This document shows, piece by piece, positions 56,616-64,000 of a stretch of DNA of 64,000 nt. Both the position numbers and the translations under genes were made by a program. Each line of letters opens with the position of its first letter. Positions within the stretch are counted from its first letter, which is position 1. Below the pieces are notes generated by a model. The model was not told the DNA's origin. It ran no database searches and saw only the letters and a list, made by a program, of their open reading frames with translations. Source of the stretch: Candidatus Ornithomonoglobus intestinigallinarum (GTDB lineage Bacteria; Bacillota; Clostridia; UBA1381); assembly GCA_018715365.1 (NCBI GenBank), contig DVLU01000040.1, positions 17,028 to 81,027 of the forward strand. The letters run 5' to 3'.

Positions 56616-56745
56616 ATTGCCGATTCTAACACAATATACTGTGCTCAAACATCATTTCTTGCTCAATTATATACAATTCAATAAAAAAAGGCTTTCAAAA
56701 TCGACAAATTTCTAACATACTTTGTGCGAATATATTAAAATTGTA

Positions 56746-56774
56746 TTGACTAAACACCATATGTGGTGTATAAT
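56746..56774 (+). promoter_or_regulatory. Sigma-A promoter of serC
   Basis: TTGACT (56746..56751), 17-nt spacer, TATAAT (56769..56774). Confidence 0.65.
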
Positions 56775-56818
56775 ATTACTTGATGTTAATTTGACTGTAA
56801 TATCAGAAAGGAATGAAT

Positions 56819-57901
56819 ATGATGAGCAGAGTATACAATTTTTCGGCGGGGCCCTCGATGCTTCCGCTTGAGGTACTTGAAAAAGCACAGAGCGAGATGA
56901 CGGAGTACGGTACGGCCGGAATGTCCGTTATGGAGATGAGCCATCGTTCGGCTGACTACAAGGCTATAATAGACGAAGCGGAGGCGCTTGTAAGAGAGCT
57001 TATGAACGTTCCCGATAATTACAAGGTGCTTTTCCTTCAGGGCGGCGGTTCAACGCAGTTTGCCATGGTGCCGATGAACCTGGCGACAAAAAATAAGAAA
57101 GCCGATTACGTTATAACGGGCCAGTGGGCGAAGAAGGCGGCTGCCGAGGCCGAGAAGTTTATAACGGTAAACAGAGTGGCGTCGTCTGCGGACAAGACGT
57201 TCTCATACATACCCAAGCTTGACAAGAGCACGTTCTCAAAGGACGCCGATTATTTCTATATCTGCTACAACAACACGATATACGGAACAAGATACACAAA
57301 GCTCCCCGAAACGGACGCCGTGCTTGTTGCCGATATTTCATCGTGCGTTATGTCCGAGGTTATAGACGTATCAAAATTCGGACTGCTTTTTGCGGGCGCG
57401 CAGAAGAACCTCGGCCCCGCTGGCGTTACGCTTGTTATCGTAAGAGAGGACCTCATAGGCGAAACGCTTGAGGGCACGCCAACGATGCTCGATTACAAAA
57501 CACATGCGGACAACGGCTCTATGTACAATACGCCCCCGACATACGCAATATATGTATTAAAGCTTGTGCTTGAATGGATAAAATCAAAGGGCGGCGTTGC
57601 GGCGCTTCAGAAGGTGAACGAGGAGAAGGCAAAGATACTTTACGATTTCCTCGATTCATCGGAGCTCTTTAAGGGCACGGTAGTTCCCGAAGACCGTTCG
57701 CTTATGAACGTGCCGTTTGTAACGGGCAGCGACGAGCTTGACGCAAAATTCGTAAAGGAAGCCAAGGCTGCCGGTCTTGTAAACCTTAAGGGTCACAGAA
57801 CCGTGGGCGGAATGAGAGCAAGCATTTATAACGCGATGCCGGTTGAGGGTGTCCGCAAGCTCGTTGAATTTATGAAGAAGTTTGAAGCAGAAAATAAATA
57901 A
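56819..57901 (+). CDS. serC: Phosphoserine aminotransferase
   Basis: VYNFSAGPSMLPLEVLEKA ... GGGSTQF ... AQKNLGPAG. The ATG at 56819 has better RBS spacing than the one at 56813. Confidence 0.92.
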   Translation: MMSRVYNFSAGPSMLPLEVLEKAQSEMTEYGTAGMSVMEMSHRSADYKAIIDEAEALVRELMNVPDNYKVLFLQGGGSTQFAMVPMNLATKNKKADYVITGQWAKKAAAEAEKFITVNRVASSADKTFSYIPKLDKSTFSKDADYFYICYNNTIYGTRYTKLPETDAVLVADISSCVMSEVIDVSKFGLLFAGAQKNLGPAGVTLVIVREDLIGETLEGTPTMLDYKTHADNGSMYNTPPTYAIYVLKLVLEWIKSKGGVAALQKVNEEKAKILYDFLDSSELFKGTVVPEDRSLMNVPFVTGSDELDAKFVKEAKAAGLVNLKGHRTVGGMRASIYNAMPVEGVRKLVEFMKKFEAENK

Positions 57902-57913
57902 GGAGCAAAAACC

Positions 57914-59068
57914 ATGTATAATATACTTACGTTAAATAAGATAGCAAAATGCGGTCTTGACAAGCTTGGCGAAAACTACGCAATAACGGATAACGAAGCG
58001 TCAAATCCCGACGGCATAATACTCAGAAGCTACAATATGCACGATATGGAGCTCGGCAGCAACCTTAAGGCCGTTGCAAGAGCCGGCGCGGGAACAAACA
58101 ATATCCCCACAGACAAGTGCACGGAAAGAGGCATAGTTGTGTTCAACACGCCGGGAGCAAACGCAAACGCCGTTAAGGAGGCCGTTATAGCAGGTCTTAT
58201 CCTGTCGTCGAGAGATATAATAGGCGGCGTTGAGTGGGCAAAAACGCTCACGGGCGACGATGTTGCAAAGCAGGTCGAAAAGGGCAAGTCAAACTTTGCC
58301 GGAACCGAAATAAAGGGCAAGACGCTCGGCGTTATAGGTCTCGGGGCAATAGGCATACTCGTTGCAAACGCGGCGTATACGCTCGGCATGGACGTTATAG
58401 GCTACGACCCCTATCTTTCGGTTGACGCCGCACTCAAGCTTTCAAGGCACGTCAAAAAGGTGAACGACCCGAAGGAAATATACGACAACGCCGATTATAT
58501 AACAATACATATCCCGTATTCGGAGGCAACAAAGGATACGATAAACGCGGAAAATATAGCTGCCATGAAGGACGGCGTAAAGATACTGAACTTTGCGAGA
58601 AACGGCCTTGTGAACAACGACGCAATAAAGGCGGCGCTTGCTTCGGGCAAGGTGTCGAGCTACGTTGTGGACTTCCCGAACGAGGAGGTTATAGGCGTTA
58701 AGGGAGTTATAGCAATACCGCATCTTGGCGCGTCAACGGAGGAATCGGAGGAAAACTGCGCCGTTATGGCTTCGATGCAGATAGCCGATTATCTCGAAAA
58801 CGGAAATATAGTAAATTCGGTAAACTTCCCCGCATGCTCGCTTCCCGTAAGCGGCGTGGGCAGAGTTGCAATTGCACACAGGAACGTTAAGAAGGTAATC
58901 GGTCAGTTTACGGACGCTCTTTCGGAGGTCAATATTTGCGATATGGTAAGCAAGTCGAAGGGCGATATTGCATATACGATAATAAACACGGACCACGAGA
59001 TAGACGAAAATATGCTCAATAACCTGAAAGCGATAAGCGAGGTTGTTGACGTAAGACTTATAAAGTAA
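57914..59068 (+). CDS. serA: D-3-phosphoglycerate dehydrogenase
   Basis: 2-hydroxyacid dehydrogenase fold (GVIGLGAIG, PHLGAST) plus a C-terminal ACT-like domain. Adjacent to serC. Confidence 0.88.
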   Translation: MYNILTLNKIAKCGLDKLGENYAITDNEASNPDGIILRSYNMHDMELGSNLKAVARAGAGTNNIPTDKCTERGIVVFNTPGANANAVKEAVIAGLILSSRDIIGGVEWAKTLTGDDVAKQVEKGKSNFAGTEIKGKTLGVIGLGAIGILVANAAYTLGMDVIGYDPYLSVDAALKLSRHVKKVNDPKEIYDNADYITIHIPYSEATKDTINAENIAAMKDGVKILNFARNGLVNNDAIKAALASGKVSSYVVDFPNEEVIGVKGVIAIPHLGASTEESEENCAVMASMQIADYLENGNIVNSVNFPACSLPVSGVGRVAIAHRNVKKVIGQFTDALSEVNICDMVSKSKGDIAYTIINTDHEIDENMLNNLKAISEVVDVRLIK

Positions 59069-59091
59069 TCCGATAAAGCAATCTGATTTTG

Positions 59092-59150
59092 AGGCTGTCG
59101 CTTTTAGCAGGACGCGATCCGAAAATTTTTATGGCTAAAAACGACAGCCT
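59092..59150 (+). promoter_or_regulatory. 17-bp stem-loop in the serA-metA spacer (function unknown)
   Basis: aggctgtcgcttttagc-N25-gctaaaaacgacagcct with one mismatch. No adjacent U-tract. Confidence 0.4.
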
Positions 59151-59193
59151 TATTGGCTGATTTTTGAAACATACGTCGTTTGGAGGGATGATA

Positions 59194-60111
59194 ATGCCTA
59201 TTCGCATACCGGATAAGCTGCCGGCAACAAAGCAGCTGAGAAACGAAAATATTTTTGTCATGTCCGAAACGAAGGCGATGCACCAGGACATACGACCGCT
59301 CAGGATAGTAATAGCAAATCTGATGCCGACAAAAATAACAACGGAAACGCAGCTTTTGCGTTTGCTGTCAAATTCGCCGCTGCAGGTGGAAATAGAGTTT
59401 CTGCAGATGGAGTCGCACAGGTCAAAAAATACGCCGCTCGAGCATTTGAAAACGTTTTACAAATCGTTTGACGAAATAAAAAATTCGAAGTTCGACGGCA
59501 TGATAATAACGGGCGCGCCCGTGGAAAACCTTGAATTTGAGGAGGTTGATTACTGGGACGAGCTTGTAAGGCTCATGGAATGGTCGAAAACGCACGTGAC
59601 GTCAACGTTCCATATCTGCTGGGCGGCGCAGGCGGGGCTTTATTACCATTACGGCATACCGAAATATCCGCTTGCCGAAAAGTGCTCGGGTATATTCAGG
59701 CACAAGGTAAACCGCAGAACGGCAAAGCTTGTGCGCGGCTTTGACAATGAATTTTACGCACCGCATTCGAGAAATACCGAGGTGCGCGCCGAGGATATAC
59801 GAAAGGTCAGAGGGCTTGAAATACTTGCCGATTCAAAGGAAGCGGGCGTTTATATAGTGTTTACAAAGGGCGGCAGGCGCATATTTGTTATGGGTCATGC
59901 GGAATATGACGCAAACACATTAAGGGATGAGTATTTCCGCGACCTTGAAAAGGGGCTTAATCCGAAAATACCGAAGCATTATTTCCCGCATGACGACCCG
60001 ACAAGACGGCCTCAGGCGGTTTGGCGTTCCCATGCAAGCTTGCTGTTTTCAAACTGGCTTAATTATTTTGTGTATCAGATAACGCCGTACGATATAGATT
60101 CCATAAATTAA
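59194..60111 (+). CDS. metA: Homoserine O-acyltransferase (MetA family)
   Basis: [11 protein letters not shown]...[34 protein letters not shown], collinear with E. coli MetA as recalled. Start at the ATG at 59194. Confidence 0.93.
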   Translation: MPIRIPDKLPATKQLRNENIFVMSETKAMHQDIRPLRIVIANLMPTKITTETQLLRLLSNSPLQVEIEFLQMESHRSKNTPLEHLKTFYKSFDEIKNSKFDGMIITGAPVENLEFEEVDYWDELVRLMEWSKTHVTSTFHICWAAQAGLYYHYGIPKYPLAEKCSGIFRHKVNRRTAKLVRGFDNEFYAPHSRNTEVRAEDIRKVRGLEILADSKEAGVYIVFTKGGRRIFVMGHAEYDANTLRDEYFRDLEKGLNPKIPKHYFPHDDPTRRPQAVWRSHASLLFSNWLNYFVYQITPYDIDSIN

Positions 60112-60141
60112 ACAGGATACGGAGAAAGGGGATAATTTAAA

Positions 60142-61332
60142 ATGAGCAAAAGGCTTTTTACGTCGGAGTCCGTCACCGAGGGACATCCCGACAAGATATG
60201 CGACCAAATATCCGACGCAATACTTGATGAAATATTAAAGCATGACCCCAATGCAAGAGTTGCGTGCGAAACGACGTGCACAACGGGCATAATTTCGATA
60301 ATGGGCGAAATAACAACAAACTGCTACGTTGATTTCCCGAAGATCGCAAGGGGCGTTGTGCTCGATATTGGTTACAACAGGGCAAAATTCGGCTTTGACG
60401 GCACAACGTGCGCCGTTGTAACGGCAATAGACGAGCAGTCGCCCGATATTGCCCGCGGCGTTGATTCGGGCTATGAGAACCGCGAGCAGGGCGGCAGCGA
60501 CAGCGAAAACGAAACCGGCGCCGGCGACCAGGGCATGATGTTCGGATATGCGTGCGATGAAACGCCCGAGCTTATGCCGATGCCGATTTCCCTTGCGCAT
60601 AAAATGGCAATGAAGCTTACGGAGGTCCGCAAGGAGGGGATACTCGATTATCTCCGTCCCGACGGCAAAACGCAGGTTACGGTCGAATACGATGACGGCG
60701 TTCCCGTGCGCGTCGATACTGTTGTCGTATCGAGCCAGCATTCGCCCGACGTTGATATAAACAAGCTGCGCGAGGATATAAAGCGCGAGGTTATTTTAAC
60801 AAGCATACCAAAGCGGCTGCTTGACGAAAACACGAAGATATTCATAAATCCGACGGGACGCTTTGTTGTCGGCGGGCCGAACGGCGACAGCGGCTTAACG
60901 GGCAGGAAAATAATAGTTGACACATACGGCGGATACGCACGTCACGGCGGCGGCGCGTTTTCCGGCAAGGACCCCACAAAGGTTGACAGAAGCGCAAGCT
61001 ATGCGGCAAGATGGGTTGCGAAGAACGTTGTTGCCGCGGGGCTTGCAAAGCGCTGCGAGATTCAGATAGCGTATGCCATAGGCGTTGCGCATCCCATTTC
61101 GATAAGCGTCGATACATTCGGTACGGGCGCCGTGCCGGAGGAAAAAATCGAAGCGGCGATAGAAAAGGTATTCGATTTAAGACCTCATGCGATAATAAAC
61201 CGTCTTGATTTAAGAAGGCCCATTTACCGCCGCCTTGCGTCCTACGGGCATATGGGCAGGGAGGACCTTGACGTATCGTGGGAAAAGACCGATATGACGG
61301 ACGCTCTCAAAAAGGCGGTCGAGGAGCTGTGA
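60142..61332 (+). CDS. metK: S-adenosylmethionine synthetase
   Basis: [45 protein letters not shown]. Confidence 0.97.
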   Translation: MSKRLFTSESVTEGHPDKICDQISDAILDEILKHDPNARVACETTCTTGIISIMGEITTNCYVDFPKIARGVVLDIGYNRAKFGFDGTTCAVVTAIDEQSPDIARGVDSGYENREQGGSDSENETGAGDQGMMFGYACDETPELMPMPISLAHKMAMKLTEVRKEGILDYLRPDGKTQVTVEYDDGVPVRVDTVVVSSQHSPDVDINKLREDIKREVILTSIPKRLLDENTKIFINPTGRFVVGGPNGDSGLTGRKIIVDTYGGYARHGGGAFSGKDPTKVDRSASYAARWVAKNVVAAGLAKRCEIQIAYAIGVAHPISISVDTFGTGAVPEEKIEAAIEKVFDLRPHAIINRLDLRRPIYRRLASYGHMGREDLDVSWEKTDMTDALKKAVEEL

Positions 61333-61505
61333 AAAGCCGCTGCGAATACTGTATGTTCTATGAGTACGACGATGAGCTCGAGGAATACGCGTGCACCGTC
61401 GGCTTTGACGAGGACGAGTATGCGCGGTTTATGAGCTCATACCGCAGTGAATGTCCGTATTTTCGCTTTGGCGACGAATACACCATAGTAAGAAAGCAAA
61501 ATTAG
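61329..61505 (+). CDS. Small 4-Cys protein (58 aa), translationally coupled to metK
   Basis: The GTG at 61329 overlaps the metK stop (GTGA). Translation (M)[57 protein letters not shown]. It resembles a small conserved clostridial family (possibly DUF6472, from memory). Confidence 0.55.
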   Translation: MKSRCEYCMFYEYDDELEEYACTVGFDEDEYARFMSSYRSECPYFRFGDEYTIVRKQN

Positions 61506-61520
61506 CAGGAGGAACACCGT

Positions 61521-62858
61521 ATGCGTCTTGTGCTTCCCGAAACGGTAAAACGCATTTTAAGCCGGCTTCAGCAAGGCGGCTTTTTTGCGTATGTTTCGGG
61601 CGGCGCGGTGCGCGATATGATAATGGGCAGAACGCCGCACGATTACGATATTTCAACAAACGCAAAGCCGGAGGAAATAAAAAAGCTGTTTAAGCATACC
61701 GTTGATACGGGGATAAAGCACGGCACCGTTACCGTCATAATAAACAGGCGCGGCTATGAAATTACAACGTTTCGCCGCGACGGCAGGTATTCCGACGGCA
61801 GGCATCCCGAAAGCGTGCAGTTCGTAAACAGCGTGCGCGACGATTGTTTGCGCCGCGATTTTACGATAAACGCCATGTCCTATAACGATGAGGAAGGGCT
61901 GCTCGACTTTTTCTGCGGACGGCGCGATATAAACAGGGGCATTGTGCGATGCGTCGGAAATGCCGAGCAGCGGTTTAAAGAGGACGCGCTCAGGATGCTG
62001 CGGGCAGTGCGCTTTTGCGCCGTGTTCGGCTTTGAGCTTGAGGAGCAGACGCGCGCCGCAATACGAAAATGCGCCGTGCTTATAAAGCGCGTAAGCAGCG
62101 AGCGGATCGTTGAGGAGCTGAATAAAATACTGCTTTCCGACCGTCCCGACAGCTTCAGGCTCATGCACGAGCTGGGGCTGCTGGCGCATATAATACCGCA
62201 GCTTGACAATTGCTTCGGCGAAGCGCAGAATAACAGGTTTCATATATACGACGTCGGAGAGCATATAATGCACACCGTTGCAAACACGCCGCAGGACCTT
62301 GTTTTAAGATGGGCGGCGCTGCTGCATGACGTCGGAAAGCCGTGTGTGTCAAGCGTCGATTCCGACGGTATAATACATTTCTACGGACACCATCGGGAAA
62401 GCAAGCGCATAGCAAACGATGTGCTCCACAGGCTGCGCCTCGATAACGCAAGCCTTAAGGATATTCTTACGCTTATAGAAAATCATGACGTCCGCATAGA
62501 TCCGTCGCCACCGGCCGTAAAGCGCATGATGTCAAAAACGGGGCCTGCGCTTTTTGAAAAGCTGCTCAGGCTGCAAACGGCCGACAACGGGGCAAAAAAT
62601 CCAGTTTATTTTGAGGAGAAGAAAAGGCGGATAGACGCCGTGCGCGAAATATTTGAAACGGTGATCTCGGCAAACGAGCCGTACAGGGTATCGGACCTTG
62701 TCATAAACGGGCGCGATTTGCTGAAGGCGGGCTACCGTCCCGGCAGGGCGGTGGGGGATACGCTGAAGGCGCTTGCCGACGAGGTGATAATCGACCCGAC
62801 ATGCAACGAACGGCGCTATCTCTTAAAGCGCGCCGCGGAACTGAAACGCGGAAAATAA
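61521..62858 (+). CDS. cca: CCA-adding tRNA nucleotidyltransferase (PolyA_pol head plus HD domain)
   Basis: FAYVSGGAVRDMIMGRTPHDYDIST, RRDFTINAM, and the HD region LLHDVGKP. Confidence 0.88.
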   Translation: MRLVLPETVKRILSRLQQGGFFAYVSGGAVRDMIMGRTPHDYDISTNAKPEEIKKLFKHTVDTGIKHGTVTVIINRRGYEITTFRRDGRYSDGRHPESVQFVNSVRDDCLRRDFTINAMSYNDEEGLLDFFCGRRDINRGIVRCVGNAEQRFKEDALRMLRAVRFCAVFGFELEEQTRAAIRKCAVLIKRVSSERIVEELNKILLSDRPDSFRLMHELGLLAHIIPQLDNCFGEAQNNRFHIYDVGEHIMHTVANTPQDLVLRWAALLHDVGKPCVSSVDSDGIIHFYGHHRESKRIANDVLHRLRLDNASLKDILTLIENHDVRIDPSPPAVKRMMSKTGPALFEKLLRLQTADNGAKNPVYFEEKKRRIDAVREIFETVISANEPYRVSDLVINGRDLLKAGYRPGRAVGDTLKALADEVIIDPTCNERRYLLKRAAELKRGK

Positions 62859-62932
62859 CCCATACATGGGGGTTCCAAAGGGGGCGGAGCCCCCTTTGAG
62901 AAAAAAACAAAACAATTGGAGAATAATATAAA

Positions 62933-63187
62933 ATGGAAAAATACGAATACACCCCCTCCGGCGTATGCTCAAGAAAAATATATATGGAGCTTGACGGGGA
63001 TATAATAAAAGACATCAGCTTCACAGGCGGCTGCCAAGGCAACCTCCGGGGCATAAGCGCACTGACGCGCGGCATGAATATACATGATGCAATAAACCGC
63101 TTAAAAGGCATAAACTGCGGCGGCAAGGGCACGTCCTGCCCGGATCAGCTTTCAAAAGCGCTTGAAGCGGTAATAAATAACAGATAA
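62933..63187 (+). CDS. TIGR03905-like 4-Cys TSCPD-domain protein
   Basis: YTPSGVCSRKIYMELDGDIIKDISFTGGCQGNLRGISALTRGMNIHDAINRLKGINCGGKGTSCPDQL. Confidence 0.7.
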   Translation: MEKYEYTPSGVCSRKIYMELDGDIIKDISFTGGCQGNLRGISALTRGMNIHDAINRLKGINCGGKGTSCPDQLSKALEAVINNR

Positions 63188-63264
63188 CGGTAATAAAACG
63201 CAAAAAGCCCTCATATAATGTATGTGTAGAAATATACACTGCATAATATCGGAGGCTTTTTTCA

Positions 63265-63753
63265 GTGAAACGTATAATTTTTATTTTGATAATCCTTACC
63301 GCATTCGGCATAGCGGCGGTGTCTTTCGGGACAAGCGTCCCGCAAACGGAGGTACGGCTGTATTTTACCGATGCGCAGATATTAAAGCTCTTGCCCGTGC
63401 GCGTCATGATACCCGAGCTTACGCCCGAGGAACAGGCAAAGCTTGTTATAAAAGCGCTGATAGAGGGCGATGACGATAATTTAAAAATACGCCGCACAAT
63501 ACCGGATATACGCGGCTGTATGTCGGTAAAGGTGAAGGGCGAAATAGCGTATGTCGATATAAAACGCAAAATGATTGAAAATCACAGCGAGGGACGCGAT
63601 ATAGAACTGCTTACCGTGTATTCGATAGTAAATTCCCTTGCCAGCGTAAAAGGCATAACGAATGTGCGGTTCACAATAGAAGGCGAGGTCAGCGAGGATT
63701 TTATGGGGTATCTGGATATGAGGGAAACGTTTATTCCCGATTATACGGTTTAG
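63265..63753 (+). CDS. GerMN domain protein (sporulation/germination associated)
   Basis: GTG start after GGAGG. N-terminal TM/signal. The pattern LYFTD...LLPV...AKLVIKALIEG...AYVDI...ELLTVYSIVNSLASVKGITNVRFTIEGE fits GerMN. Confidence 0.65.
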   Translation: MKRIIFILIILTAFGIAAVSFGTSVPQTEVRLYFTDAQILKLLPVRVMIPELTPEEQAKLVIKALIEGDDDNLKIRRTIPDIRGCMSVKVKGEIAYVDIKRKMIENHSEGRDIELLTVYSIVNSLASVKGITNVRFTIEGEVSEDFMGYLDMRETFIPDYTV

Positions 63754-63768
63754 CGAAGCGGACACACA

Positions 63769-63963
63769 GGGCTGCTCGATTTTAGCTGCAGAACGGACGA
63801 AACGCACCCGACGGCGTGTTGGCACCGTGCAAGATGGCACGGACGACCGAAGGTCGGCTTTCGGCTTTGCCGAAAGTGCTGAAAAGTTCACTCCGAGTGG
63901 TGCGTTTTGTTCGTAGGTAAACAGCTAAAGCTGTTTAGCGGTCTGCGCTGAAAGCGGCAGCCC
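63769..63963 (+). repeat. Structured ~195-nt repeat element, copy B (inverted partner at 171..364)
   Basis: See copy A. The long-range helix pairs 63793..63809 with 63898..63914. Internal hairpins are cgtgc-aagatg-gcacg, gacc-gaa-ggtc, ctttcggc-ttt-gccgaaag and taaacagc-taaa-gctgttta. Confidence 0.85.
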
Positions 63964-64000
63964 CCGTTAGTTTATTTAACGAGGTGAAAAGCCTTTATAA

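Noticed and set aside
59069-60141. SAM-I (S-box) or other SAM riboswitch upstream of metA or metK.
   Set aside because: I looked for the conserved SAM-I core by eye and did not find it, and the metA-metK gap is only 30 nt. This is a negative call made from memory and needs a covariance-model scan to be definitive.
62877-62897. Hairpin aaagggggc-gga-gcccccttt after cca, as an intrinsic terminator.
   Set aside because: It is followed by gagaaaaaaac, an A-run rather than a U-tract, and the minus strand has no gene to terminate here. I left it as an unexplained stem-loop rather than annotating a terminator.
171-63963. The idea that the inverted repeat pair marks a composite transposon or genomic island.
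   Set aside because: The intervening 63 kb is core housekeeping (ppdK, lon, aroC, asnS, nadE, metK, cca and others). It contains no transposase, integrase, recombinase or tRNA attachment site, and I could not see flanking direct repeats.
1-64000. Search for rRNA, tRNA, CRISPR arrays, prophage or defence islands across all intergenic gaps.
   Set aside because: No cloverleaf-like segments, no spaced direct repeats, and no phage, integrase, restriction or Cas-like proteins were seen. The only defence-related item is hicAB. This was an eye scan only; tRNAscan-SE, CRISPR finders and defence-system HMMs would be needed to be definitive.

Overview
This 64-kb chromosomal segment reads like a spore-forming, S-layer-bearing member of the Clostridia (Firmicutes), at roughly 50% GC. 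That placement is inferred from gene content only. It holds about 50 tightly packed protein genes, most of them housekeeping: ppdK, lon, aroC, asnA-asnS, rarA, nadE, serC-serA-metA-metK-cca, tcdA, mtaB, comEC and comFC. It also encodes a cytoplasmic GH13 enzyme, MATE/APC/DMT transporters, a DD-carboxypeptidase, a CwlD-like amidase, a SpoVB/MurJ-like flippase and a GerMN protein. Accessory-looking content includes SLH-domain surface proteins (416..2236, and the 8287..17155 locus with an AraC regulator) and an ECF sigma/anti-sigma pair. There is a hicAB toxin-antitoxin pair whose hicA is below the ORF-track cutoff. There is also an AT-rich decayed patch where a frameshifted, truncated LytTR response regulator directly abuts a fragment of an S-layer-protein paralogue. 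Many genes carry near-consensus sigma-A promoters (TTGACA-17-TGnTATAAT). I found no rRNA, tRNA, CRISPR array, transposase, integrase or phage genes. The most unusual signals are non-coding. First, a ~195-nt multi-hairpin element occurs twice at about 96% identity in inverted orientation (171..364 and 63769..63963); each copy lies just 3-prime of, and co-oriented with, a cell-envelope or spore gene, and its substitutions preserve pairing on only one strand. Second, a perfect sigma-A promoter fires away from hxlR into a ~145-nt two-hairpin stretch with no credible ORF. I do not see a complete novel multi-gene system here. All identifications come from reading the translations and sequence by eye; no database search was run.
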